Below are positions 1-8,925 of a DNA stretch of 64,000 nt, one piece after another. This stretch comes from Clostridia bacterium (GTDB taxonomy: Bacteria; Bacillota; Clostridia; Oscillospirales; CAG-272): positions 31,980 through 95,979 of the forward strand of contig JAFTME010000069.1 in the NCBI GenBank assembly GCA_017452545.1, written 5' to 3'. The translations under genes were made by a program, and so were the position numbers. The notes under the pieces were generated by a model, which was not told the DNA's origin, did not search any database, and saw only the letters and a program-made list of their open reading frames with translations. Positions within the stretch are counted from its first letter, which is position 1. Each line of letters starts with the position of its first letter.

Positions 1-1581
1 ACGACGACGGAGCTTCCTGTCGTGAATAGCATTCAAGCTGAAAACATTTCCAAGGAAATACAGCAAACGACCTCGGAACCCGAGCAGACCGAGCCTGTAC
101 GGCGTGCGGAGCTTGACGCAGGCTACGAATATATGTACGATTGCGTGATCGATCAAAAATCCTTGGTCTTTTCCAATTCGCGCGAGGAAACGGAATACCT
201 GACGGCAACCTTCCGTCAGATTGCCGAGCGCCGCGGCGACCGTGATATTTTTTTGATCCATCACGGAAATCTTTCCGCATCCATCAGGGAAGAGGCGGAA
301 ATGAAAATGAAGGATGAGGATTTCCACGCCGTGACCTGTGCCACCGTTACAATGGAGCTTGGCATTGATATCGGGCGATTGGAGCGCGTACTGCAAAGCC
401 AGTCGCCGCATTCGGTATCGTCCTTTTTACAGCGTCTCGGACGCTCCGGGCGCCGCGGACAGCCGCCCGAAATGATGATGGTCTTTCGCGAGGAGGATCC
501 GCTGCCCAACACTCCGCTGCCACAGCTGATGCCGTGGGAGCTGCTTCGCGCTATAGCCATTGTGCAGCTGTATATTGAGGAGCGTTTTATCGAGCCTCCG
601 CAGATCCGCAAAATGCCGATGAGCCTGCTGTTCCATCAAACCTTGAGCACGCTCGCCGCCTCGGGAGAGCTGACACCCAAGCGGCTGGCGGAGCGTATCC
701 TCTCCTTGCCGCCCTTTGCCGCGGTTGATAAAGAGGATTATCGCACGCTGATCATTTCCATGGTCAAGCAGGATTATCTTGAAATGACCGAAGAAAAGGG
801 ACTGATTGTAGGGCTGCGCGGCGAGCAGCTGATCAAAAGCTTTAAATTTTATGCTGTGTTCAAGGACTCCGAGGACTATACTGTGCGCTGCGGCTCGGAC
901 GAGATCGGTACAATCTCCGCGCCACCTCCCGTCGGTGACCGCTTTGCATTGGCAGGACGGGTCTGGGAGGTTGAGGAGCTGGATATCGCGCATAAGCTGA
1001 TTTACGTCCGCGGTGTTCAGGGGAAAATGGAGATCTCCTGGCCCGGTGATTACGGTGAGATCCATACCCGCATTCTGGAGCGCATGAAGCAGGTCCTGCA
1101 GGAGGATACCGTATATCCGTATCTGAAGGAGAATGCTCGTCTGCGTTTGGAAACGGCGCGCCATACTGCCCGTAATACGGGGATGCTGCAGCACTCGCTG
1201 GTGCATCTCGGCGGGTATTCGTGGTGCTTGTTTCCTTGGCTCGGTACGCGTTCCTTCAGAACCTGTCGCAAGCTGATCAAAAAGCACGCGGCGGAGCTTC
1301 GGATCTCCGGTATTGAATTTGAAGGCTGCTGCTATATTACCTTTAAAATGGAGCAGAGCAATGCTGCGCTCTTTGTCGAGCGCCTGGCAGAGATCGTTCG
1401 CAACGAAGGGATTGATCCCATGTCGTTGGTCGAGCACGGTGAGATCCCTGTTTTCGACAAATACGATGACTGTGTTCCGTTGGATCTCCTGCGTCGCGCG
1501 TATGCTATCGACCGTTTGAGAGCGGACGAACTTTCTGCACGAATCCTCTTGTGGGAACAGGAATTGTACGGCGGTTCGTGA
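1..1581 (+). CDS. ATP-dependent helicase, Lhr-like (C-terminal part; 5' end lies outside the window)
   Basis: The frame is open from base 1. Helicase C-domain motifs are present (HHGNLS, TVTMELGIDIG, motif VI QRLGRSGRRG), followed by a long DEAD/H-associated-type tail. Stop is TGA at 1579-1581, followed by a hairpin. Confidence 0.8.
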   Translation, partial: TTTELPVVNSIQAENISKEIQQTTSEPEQTEPVRRAELDAGYEYMYDCVIDQKSLVFSNSREETEYLTATFRQIAERRGDRDIFLIHHGNLSASIREEAEMKMKDEDFHAVTCATVTMELGIDIGRLERVLQSQSPHSVSSFLQRLGRSGRRGQPPEMMMVFREEDPLPNTPLPQLMPWELLRAIAIVQLYIEERFIEPPQIRKMPMSLLFHQTLSTLAASGELTPKRLAERILSLPPFAAVDKEDYRTLIISMVKQDYLEMTEEKGLIVGLRGEQLIKSFKFYAVFKDSEDYTVRCGSDEIGTISAPPPVGDRFALAGRVWEVEELDIAHKLIYVRGVQGKMEISWPGDYGEIHTRILERMKQVLQEDTVYPYLKENARLRLETARHTARNTGMLQHSLVHLGGYSWCLFPWLGTRSFRTCRKLIKKHAAELRISGIEFEGCCYITFKMEQSNAALFVERLAEIVRNEGIDPMSLVEHGEIPVFDKYDDCVPLDLLRRAYAIDRLRADELSARILLWEQELYGGS

Positions 1582-1604
1582 TCAGCACTTTGAATAGGCT
1601 TTAA

Positions 1605-1640
1605 CCAAGGGAAGGGCGATTGTCTTTCCCTTGGTTTTTT
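1605..1640. terminator. Intrinsic terminator hairpin between convergent genes
   Basis: CCAAGGGAA ... TTCCCTTGG is a 9-bp stem followed by TTTTTT (1635-1640). Confidence 0.6.
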
Positions 1641-1903
1641 CATTTATAATAACGCTCCAGCATCTCGTACAGTAAGCTTCCCATGAGCACCAGTACTAAG
1701 GACATTGCACTGTATTCAAGATACGGAGCGCAGATATATCGGACATAGTTCGGATCGATCCTGAGCATCTGCTGCATGACTATAGCAATGGCAAGCATAT
1801 GTAGGATGACCATCGGGATCCCGATGTGAAGGATCAACAGGGAAGAGGTACTGATTTTTTCGCTTGTATTACTTATATGCTTTCTTTTCCTTTGTTTGTG
1901 CAT
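1640..1903 (-). CDS. Hypothetical small membrane protein
   Basis: An ATG at 1903 with AAAGGA upstream is preferred over the GTG at 1954. Two hydrophobic segments (LLILHIGIPMVILHMLAIAIV, MSLVLVLMGSLLY). No recognisable family. Confidence 0.3.
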   Translation of the reverse strand: MHKQRKRKHISNTSEKISTSSLLILHIGIPMVILHMLAIAIVMQQMLRIDPNYVRYICAPYLEYSAMSLVLVLMGSLLYEMLERYYK

Positions 1904-2239
1904 TATACCATATCCTTTGTATACATTTACCTTAAAAAATTTTTTCTGCTCCACACCTTTCGCTATCGGCAGAAAAATAAATCAAAAATTGCTCTTACCT
2001 TACAATTATAGCACGAAATATCTCGGTTGTCTTTATAAAAAAGACGGAAAAAGAGGGAGCCACTTCCTTTGCTTTGATGTATACAATTCGGCGCGGCCCA
2101 ACTTTAAATGTAAACAATTATGGGTCAAATTGTTAACAAAATATATATGCAATGAATATTCAAGTTAAAATGCTGAATAAATCGTTTGATTCGTGAATAA
2201 CTATTCAATTCGAAAGGCATTGACTTTGTGCAAACTGCT

Positions 2240-2272
2240 GAACCGATTTGTAACTATTTTACAAATCGGTTC
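2240..2272. repeat. Perfect 14-bp inverted repeat (operator-like palindrome or RNA hairpin)
   Basis: GAACCGATTTGTAA (2240-2253), 5-nt spacer CTATT, TTACAAATCGGTTC (2259-2272). It lies about 35 nt upstream of a TGGTATAAT -10-like box and about 90 nt upstream of the 2362 start. Confidence 0.5.
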
Positions 2273-2361
2273 CTAACTGCTTTGAAATCGCACTTTTGCG
2301 TTGTGGTATAATAAATGCAGTGCAAAAAGGCACAGTATTTGTAACTTGTTAGGAGAAAGTC

Positions 2362-2685
2362 ATGAAAACCGAACGCTCGATTTACTATCCCACGCCTACC
2401 GCTAATGAAACGCACCAATTAAGCTATCGTCTGTTAAGAACAAAACGCTGCAGCACGCCGGAATACTATATCAGCGTTCGGCTGGAGCAGGAGCAAAAGC
2501 TTGCTTACGTCGGCACAGATCACGCACTGGCACTCTCGCTTTACGATATGATCGTACAAGGGGAAGTGACGCCGTGTACGCTGCAGGATATTGTTGAGGA
2601 TGCCTTGTTTGAGACCGTCCGTACCGATTTTGCATCAGCGTATCCCATGAAGTACGACGTAGATTGCGTAAATATGTCAAAATAA
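2362..2685 (+). CDS. Hypothetical protein (107 aa)
   Basis: Strong RBS (AGGAGAAAGTC-ATG). The ORF stands alone in an AT-rich intergenic context. I cannot name a family with confidence. Confidence 0.55.
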   Translation: MKTERSIYYPTPTANETHQLSYRLLRTKRCSTPEYYISVRLEQEQKLAYVGTDHALALSLYDMIVQGEVTPCTLQDIVEDALFETVRTDFASAYPMKYDVDCVNMSK

Positions 2686-2845
2686 ACCAACCGCTTTCGC
2701 AATTTTTTTCACTCCTGCTCACCATGATTTCTTAAATACCACTTTACTTTTTGAAATTTCTATGGTATACTATAGATAATTGAGATCGTATGCCATACGG
2801 TAAAGCGGTTCAAAGGAACGAAATTTGTAAAGACGAAAGGATATC

Positions 2846-3982
2846 ATGAACATGAGAGACGAAGGAATTGCAGAGCTTAGCGTCATAGGCATGAGGGGCT
2901 GTGAGCAGTTTGTTGCACAGGTTGACTACTATTTGAAGGACTGGCGCAGACACGCCGGTGAGGACACCTACCTGGTTGATGCGGATTGCCCCAGATTCGG
3001 TACGGGCGAGGGCAAGGGAATGCTGCATTCTTCCATGCGCGGTCACGACGTCTACATCTATTGCGATATTTTCAATTACGGTGTTACTTACAAAATGTAC
3101 GGTCAGACCGTACCCATGAGCCCCGATGACCATTATGCAGATCTCAAGCGTGTCATCGCTGCGATCGCAGGTAAGGCAAGAAGAATTACCGTCATTATGC
3201 CCATGCTTTACGAGGGCCGTCAACACAAGCGCTCCTCCCGTGAATCCTTGGACTGCGCACTGATGCTGCAGGAGCTAGTTCAGATGGGTGTTACCAACGT
3301 GCTGACGTTTGACGCTCATGACCCCAGAGTCTGCAACGCGATCCCGCTGCACGGCTTTGATAACGTTCTTCCGACCTATCAGATGATCAAGGCGCTCGTT
3401 CGTTCTTATCCCGACATCGAGCTTGAGAAGGAGCATTTGATGATGATCTCGCCTGATGAGGGTGCAATGCAGCGTTCGATGTATTATTCCTCCGTGCTTG
3501 GTCTGGATATCGGTATGTTCTATAAGCGCCGTAACTAGTCCGTCGTAGTCAACGGTCGTAACCCCATTGAGGCTCACGAATATCTTGGTAACGATCTGCG
3601 CGGTAAGGATGCCATCATTGTTGACGATATGATCGCCTCCGGTGATTCCTTGATCGATGTAGCACTTCAGCTTAAGGAAAAGGGCGCCAAGAGAATCTTC
3701 AACTTTGCCACCTTCGGTCTGTTCACCGAGGGCTGCGATAAGTTTGATAAGGCGTATGAGGAGGGTCTGATCGATAAGATCTTCACCACCAACCTGATCT
3801 ACCGCCGTCCCGAGCTGCTTACCAAGCCCTGGTACGGAGAGGTCAATATGTGCAAATACGTTGCATATCTGATTGATACGCTCAATCACGACACCACCAT
3901 CAGCGGTCTGCTGGATCCCGTTAAGCGTATCCATACGCTTGTGGACAAGCACAAGGCTGAGTTGGCAAACAAAAAGGCTTAA
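2846..3982 (+). pseudogene. prs: Ribose-phosphate pyrophosphokinase (PRPP synthetase)-like gene interrupted by one in-frame TAG (3536-3538)
   Basis: ORFs 2846..3538 and 3629..3982 share one frame. Codons read straight through: YKRRN-TAG-SVVVNGRNPIEAHEYLG...IIVDDMIASGDS (PRPP-binding loop). The N-terminal half carries VIMPMLYEGRQHKR and TFDAHDP. Confidence 0.8.
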
Positions 3983-4016
3983 ATCTTAAAAGAGTAAAGC
4001 AAAGGAGAAAGCGACA

Positions 4017-4127
4017 ATGCTGAACGTGACAATGGTTTATAGCAATCATCTGTACGTCTCTCGCGTCAATGCCGGTTATGCGGCATCGATACGGGCTTTG
4101 TCGTCGTTCTCAAAATTCATTCGATGA
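4017..4127 (+). CDS. Unannotated small ORF (36 aa), co-transcribed with the prs-like gene
   Basis: AAGGAG lies 7 nt upstream of the ATG at 4017. Translation is MLNVTMVYSNHLYVSRVNAGYAASIRALSSFSKFIR, ending TGA at 4125-4127. The ORF sits between the prs stop and the operon terminator. It is below the ORF-track size cutoff. Confidence 0.25.
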   Translation: MLNVTMVYSNHLYVSRVNAGYAASIRALSSFSKFIR

Positions 4128-4150
4128 ATGAATTGCTGATATAAAAGTAT

Positions 4151-4206
4151 CAAGAGCACGGTACAAGCCAACGTATAGAGGCTTGTATCGTGCTCTTGTT
4201 TTTTTG
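4151..4206 (+). terminator. Intrinsic terminator of the prs-like transcription unit
   Basis: 19-bp stem: CAAGAGCACGGTACAAGCC (4151-4169) pairs with GGCTTGTATCGTGCTCTTG (4180-4198) with one G-U pair. It is followed by a T8 run. Confidence 0.75.
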
Positions 4207-4227
4207 ATGTAAAAGGAGTGAAAATTG

Positions 4228-4761
4228 ATGAAAAATGAATTTATTTTAGTGCCGCCCTCAGAAGCGTACGCAAGCGAGATTGCCGCATATCGGCAGGAAT
4301 TTCTCGCGGCGGGAGATTCCATGGATGGATGCGGCTCGCTGCGCCGCATCGAGGATCCAATCGAATATATCGAGCGCAGCCAAGCAATGACGCGTAAAGA
4401 AACCGTACCGGAGGGGCTTGTGCAGGCGACGCAGTTTCTTTACGTTCGCTCATCGGACTGCCGTGTGGTAGGCATGATACAGGTGCGCCACTACTTTAAT
4501 GAATATCTGGAGAAATATGCAGGACATATCGGGTATTCCGTCCGTCCGAGTGAGCGCAGACAGGGCTACGCCAAAGCAATGCTGCGTGCGGCGTTACCGT
4601 TTTGCAAGGAAATCGGACTTGATCGTGTTCTGATCTCCTGTATCGATGGGAATATCGGCAGCGAAAAAACGATTCTGTCCTGTGGCGGTGTTTATGAGTC
4701 TACCGTGTACCTGGAGTCCGAAGACGTATATCTGAAGCGCTTTTGGATCACGCTGCAATAA
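4228..4761 (+). CDS. GNAT family N-acetyltransferase
   Basis: Acetyl-CoA-binding-type motif RRQGYAKAMLRAAL. Overall similarity to COG3981-type acetyltransferases. AAGGAG RBS. The ATG at 4228 is used; a TTG at 4225 is also possible. Confidence 0.85.
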   Translation: MKNEFILVPPSEAYASEIAAYRQEFLAAGDSMDGCGSLRRIEDPIEYIERSQAMTRKETVPEGLVQATQFLYVRSSDCRVVGMIQVRHYFNEYLEKYAGHIGYSVRPSERRQGYAKAMLRAALPFCKEIGLDRVLISCIDGNIGSEKTILSCGGVYESTVYLESEDVYLKRFWITLQ

Positions 4762-4768
4762 AGAAAAA

Positions 4769-4805
4769 GCCGATAAACACAGTTGGTGTGCTTATCGGCT
4801 TTTTG
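4769..4805. terminator. Bidirectional terminator hairpin
   Basis: GCCGATAAACAC ... GTGCTTATCGGC (one mismatch), flanked by an A-run upstream and TTTTT downstream. It lies between convergent genes. Confidence 0.6.
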
Positions 4806-4814
4806 AATTTTAAA

Positions 4815-5237
4815 TTACTGCAGGCTTTCGGTAACCTTCTGCACCCATGCCAGGATGGTGGCCTTCTCCTCTGGCTTTACCGATGCCAGGAAGGGAAGAC
4901 CAAGCTTTATGTACAGGACCTCGTCGATAACGTTGGTTCCGGCTTCCTTGAGGATCGCCTTCAGCTGATCTGCATATGCAGGTGTACCGTCGATCATCAG
5001 CGCTACGTTTGCCGCGCGAGCTTTGGTCAGCTCACGGCAGAACAGACGCAGATCATCCGGAACGTCGCCCTTACCGGTCAGAGCGAGAATGACGATACGC
5101 TCCTTGTCGCAAGAATATGCGGGCGGGATCTTGTCAACCGAGTTGATGCTCAGATCGTATTCAGCCTTGATCATGTTAGCGATGTTATACAGCTTCTTTT
5201 TTCCGGGGGTATGCAGAATTCGCATTTTGATAGCCAT
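4815..5237 (-). CDS. Hypothetical protein (about 140 aa; possible flavodoxin-like fold)
   Basis: AGGAGG RBS 8 nt upstream of the ATG at 5237 (MAIKMRILHTPGKKK...). The longer track ORF (to 5321) lacks an RBS. Function unknown. Confidence 0.55.
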   Translation of the reverse strand: MAIKMRILHTPGKKKLYNIANMIKAEYDLSINSVDKIPPAYSCDKERIVILALTGKGDVPDDLRLFCRELTKARAANVALMIDGTPAYADQLKAILKEAGTNVIDEVLYIKLGLPFLASVKPEEKATILAWVQKVTESLQ

Positions 5238-5718
5238 TTGGAAATTCCTCCTGAATTTTGTTTGTGTGCGTCCTCGACGCACAAATATCTCTACCATCAT
5301 ATTGTAGCATATTTTGATCAAAAAGGGAAGTGTTTTTTCAAACTTTTCAATCTTTGGAATATCCTACAATTTCTAACTTCCATTCTTGTGAATTCTGCCA
5401 ATAAATCGAATGATATTCCCGGTGATCACCGGACAAGCGTGTTCTTCGGAATTCTTTTTTTTGAATGTTGATATATTCGCTGCCGGCGCGCAACAGCCTT
5501 ATTGTAATTTATTTGACGATCATAGCAACCCGCCATAGTTCAAAAATTCAATCTCATGAAAAAGGGGAGGCCCGTTTATATACGCCAATTATGATACAAA
5601 ATGCAAATTTTGTATCAAATAGGGGACCAAAAAAAGAATTTTTGAGGCACTTTCGCACGTTTTCGTTTTTTTGCGAGCTTCACTATATTAAAATATAATT
5701 TGATCTTCTATATGTGTA

Positions 5719-6015
5719 TCAACAAATACATTCATTTACACCGCATGGGTGTTCTGCTTGTTTTTTATGTAAATATTTTTTCTTGGTTGCTTCACCGCCG
5801 CGCAGATGCCGTTCGATTTTGTTTTGATCCAAAATACGCTGTACCTCTTCGTATAACGGATAATTGATGCGCTTCAGCACCTCTGTAATGTCCTTATGTA
5901 CGGTGCTTTTGCTGATTCCGAATCGAATCGCTGTAGCACGAACCGTTGTCTTGTTTTCAACCAGATAATTGCCAAGCAACACACATCGCTCTTTGCCCGA
6001 AGAAATATACATCAT
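5719..6015 (-). CDS. spoIIID: Sporulation transcriptional regulator SpoIIID
   Basis: Typical SpoIIID sequence: ERCVLLGNYLVENKTTVRATAIRFGISKSTVHKDITE...RHLRGGEATKKKY (HTH plus basic tail). The start was chosen to give the usual length of about 95 aa. Confidence 0.85.
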   Translation of the reverse strand: MMYISSGKERCVLLGNYLVENKTTVRATAIRFGISKSTVHKDITEVLKRINYPLYEEVQRILDQNKIERHLRGGEATKKKYLHKKQAEHPCGVNECIC

Positions 6016-6187
6016 ATTCAATACCTCGTTCATAATATGGACTTGATTTTTTATTCGATTATTGTTATAATATACTATGTGTACGCAATCTTTTTTATAC
6101 CCTGTCTTTGGAGCTTTTTTGCGTACTTGAGCTATCATTCTCAAATTAGGCTTTTAACATGATTTTGTATCATTTTATGGTGAATTT

Positions 6188-6967
6188 ATGGAAAAAACTG
6201 TAATTTTTGAAGGCATGACCTCTATTTCTGCTATCTTTCACGGAATTGATCAAGGCATCAACGACAGACGTGTTCTGCGCGTGCTTTTTGACCGTGAAAA
6301 ATTAGCAAAAAAACAAAAAGAATATCGTTTTTTACAAGCCAAAGCTGCTGCGTACGGCTTCCCTGTTGATCTGACCGACGAAAAAACGCTGGATGAGCTG
6401 ACCACAGGAAAAACACACGGAGGCATCATCGCCTATTGCTCCGAGCGAACACTTCCCTCTCTTACTGAGGCGATGAGCGCCGCTGACGGTGTATTTTCCA
6501 AGAAGGACGGTTTTTTCTTTATGCTGGAAGGCATTGAGGATCCGTATAACTTCGGATATACGCTGCGCTCGTTGTATGCTGCAGGCGTGGATGGGATCAT
6601 TCTGACACCGAGAAACTGGATGGAGGTTGCCGGCATCGTATCCAAATCCTCGGCAGGCGCCTCGGAGCAGCTTCCCATGGCGATAGCCGATGCAGAACAA
6701 GCCGTTTGCTTGATGAAGAAAAACGGTGTCCGCATTGTCTGTGCCGGAATACGCGATTCTGTTTCCGTAACAGAGGCAGACCTGCGTGCCCCCCTACTGA
6801 TGATTGTCGGCGGTGAGAAGCGCGGCATTTCCTCCTCGGTGCTGCGTCTTGCCGATCAGATCGTAAGAATTGATTATGGCCGTGAATTCCGAGGCTCACT
6901 TTCCACGGCTTCCGCAGCAACGGTCCTGGCATTTGAGGTGCTGCGCAATCAAAATCAACAAAAATAA
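6188..6967 (+). CDS. TrmH/SpoU family RNA 2'-O-methyltransferase
   Basis: SpoU methylase C-terminal motifs (LMIVGGEKRGIS, SLSTASAATVLAFEV). Confidence 0.85.
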   Translation: MEKTVIFEGMTSISAIFHGIDQGINDRRVLRVLFDREKLAKKQKEYRFLQAKAAAYGFPVDLTDEKTLDELTTGKTHGGIIAYCSERTLPSLTEAMSAADGVFSKKDGFFFMLEGIEDPYNFGYTLRSLYAAGVDGIILTPRNWMEVAGIVSKSSAGASEQLPMAIADAEQAVCLMKKNGVRIVCAGIRDSVSVTEADLRAPLLMIVGGEKRGISSSVLRLADQIVRIDYGREFRGSLSTASAATVLAFEVLRNQNQQK

Positions 6968-7135
6968 GAATTCTGAAATTTGTGAATTTTTATGGCAAAA
7001 TCCTTGAATTCTTTATTTTTCTCTTGCATTTTTTGCTCAAATATGGTAACATAAATAAAGATGCTTTGGCGTAGGTCTACACATGGCAGTTCGCTCATAC
7101 ATTGTTTTTACTACAATGAAAAGCGAGGGCTGCCT

Positions 7136-7861
7136 ATGTCGCCACGTCGCACGCACGTACGAAAACAAACGAACCGCAGTATTCCGATCACGCCCGTCAT
7201 TTCTTTTTACATCCGTTTGATGATCAAAGGCTCTGTCGATTTCTTTTTGGGCGTTGCAGCTTGTTATATCGCTTCACGCATTCCGGATGCGCACATTCGT
7301 TTGCCCCCCAATGTACTTGCTGAGGCGATCTGCTATGAGCAAGTCTGCCCGTCTGTTTTTCGTGTTATAGTTATCTATTTTCCTGCTGTTCTGACTGCGG
7401 CCGCTTCCCTGTCGTTCCCCATTCTTTTTTTATATGTGCTGGGTGTTCGACGGTATGATTTTTTTCCATATTCCCGTATATGGAATTTCATATTTTGCGC
7501 CTCCTACGGAGCTGTATTTTATCAGATGCTTGACCGGCTTTACAGCAACGGATCGGAGTACGGCGGCGTATGGGTCGTGATGGCTGCAGCTTTGCCGATC
7601 ATCTGTTTTTTCGGTAGCTTTGCGTTCGAGCTTCAGTCTTTGTTGCAGTCCAACCGCATCGCTGCCCGAGGGCTTCCGATTCCGTGTATTCGAGGAAACG
7701 GTGCGATTCGATATGCATTTTATGAACAGCCAACAGCAAAGGGATTAAGGCAGGACATTCGGCGCTACACAAATGCTGCCCGGCGTTATATTGTGCAATC
7801 GTTTGTTACCAATTTGTTTTTGTTTTACAGTATTCTGATGCTTCAATATTTTACAGCATAA
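7136..7861 (+). CDS. Hypothetical polytopic membrane protein
   Basis: The ATG at 7136 is preceded by GAGGG. Several hydrophobic spans. A possible TTGCAT-17-TAACAT promoter lies upstream. No family recognised. Confidence 0.5.
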   Translation: MSPRRTHVRKQTNRSIPITPVISFYIRLMIKGSVDFFLGVAACYIASRIPDAHIRLPPNVLAEAICYEQVCPSVFRVIVIYFPAVLTAAASLSFPILFLYVLGVRRYDFFPYSRIWNFIFCASYGAVFYQMLDRLYSNGSEYGGVWVVMAAALPIICFFGSFAFELQSLLQSNRIAARGLPIPCIRGNGAIRYAFYEQPTAKGLRQDIRRYTNAARRYIVQSFVTNLFLFYSILMLQYFTA

Positions 7862-7895
7862 TGCTGATTTTCCTCTTCGCGAAAGGAGCTTTGTT

Positions 7896-8876
7896 TTGGA
7901 AAGCCAAAAGAAAAAGAAGTTTAAGCTTTTTGACATGAACCGCGACGGTAAAGGCGTTGAAAAGGGTGAGGATACTACCCCTACGCTGAAGTTCTATTTC
8001 AAGCTGTTCAAGCGCAGATTTTCTTCCTTATTGAGCTTGAATCTTTTGATGAATTTTCAGATCATCCCCATTATCGTTGCCATTCTGGCTTATTTTTTCA
8101 CACATATGACCACCTCGCAGACCTCTGCCGTTTTTGCGCCCGTCTATGGCGTATCCCTGATCGATCCCTCGATTACAACGGCAACGCTGCTCTCCGGTCA
8201 TGGAATTCAGCAGTTGATTCCGATCTTCAATAACCCTGCCTATATCGTAATCGCAATTTGCGCGCTGTTTCTTGTGCTGACGCTTGGCTGGCAAACGGTC
8301 GGAGCGACCTACGTGTTGCGTGGTATGGTGCGTCATGACCCTGTTTTTGTATTCTCCGATTTCTTTTACGGAATCAAAAAGAATTTCAAGGAAGGCTTTG
8401 TCTATGGCTTGATCGATGCCTTGATCATTATTGTCCTCGCCATTGATTTTATGTTCTTTTATGCAAGAACCGGCACATCAATGGGCAACAACCTGATGTT
8501 CTGGGCGATCACAGCATTGATCATTCTGTATCTTTTCATGCGTCCGTATATCTACATGATGCTGATTACCTTTAACATGAAGCTTTCGAAGATTCTCAAG
8601 AATGCACTGATCTTTTCCGCGCTCGGTATCAAGCGCAACATCATGGCAGTGCTTGGCATCGTTCTGGTTGCCGGATTGAATCTGGCGCTGGTCATGATCT
8701 CCCCCGCCGCCATTATGCAGGTCACGCTCATCCTTCCGCTTCTCTATTTCTGTGCATTTGCCGGGTTTACCGTCAATTATGCGGTATATCCCATCATCGA
8801 CCGCTATATGATCGAACCGTGCCGTGAGGAGCCTGAAGTACAGGATCCGCGAGATGATCTGTACGACGTAGAGTAA
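7896..8876 (+). CDS. Membrane protein, YesL/DUF624-like (tentative)
   Basis: TTG start at 7896 with an AAAGGAG RBS 7 nt upstream. About 6 TM segments. The N-terminal region (FKLFKRRFSSLLSLNLLMNFQIIPIIV) resembles DUF624 proteins, judged from memory only. Confidence 0.55.
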   Translation: MESQKKKKFKLFDMNRDGKGVEKGEDTTPTLKFYFKLFKRRFSSLLSLNLLMNFQIIPIIVAILAYFFTHMTTSQTSAVFAPVYGVSLIDPSITTATLLSGHGIQQLIPIFNNPAYIVIAICALFLVLTLGWQTVGATYVLRGMVRHDPVFVFSDFFYGIKKNFKEGFVYGLIDALIIIVLAIDFMFFYARTGTSMGNNLMFWAITALIILYLFMRPYIYMMLITFNMKLSKILKNALIFSALGIKRNIMAVLGIVLVAGLNLALVMISPAAIMQVTLILPLLYFCAFAGFTVNYAVYPIIDRYMIEPCREEPEVQDPRDDLYDVE

Positions 8877-8885
8877 ATTTAATTG

Positions 8886-8925
8886 AAAAATCCGCGAACG
8901 GAATACCTCCGCTCGCGGATTTTTT
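8886..8925. terminator. Bidirectional intrinsic terminator
   Basis: ATCCGCGAACGG (8890-8901) pairs with CCGCTCGCGGAT (8909-8920) with one mismatch. A5 upstream and T5 downstream. It lies between convergent genes. Confidence 0.75.

Noticed and set aside
5419-5432. The 14-bp perfect palindrome CCGGTGATCACCGG, and the nearby 10-bp dyad GATACAAAAT-GCAA-ATTTTGTATC (5593-5616), in the spoIIID-downstream intergenic region.
   Set aside because: Both are short. The first has no loop and no adjacent U-tract or promoter element that I can tie it to. They could be chance or weak terminator elements for spoIIID, and there is no second copy in the window.
4743-5471. A 242-aa + strand ORF overlapping the 4815..5237 minus-strand gene, and many other 60-170-aa overlapping ORFs in the track.
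   Set aside because: They are antisense or out-of-frame shadows of better-supported genes, with no RBS, biased composition and no recognisable domains.
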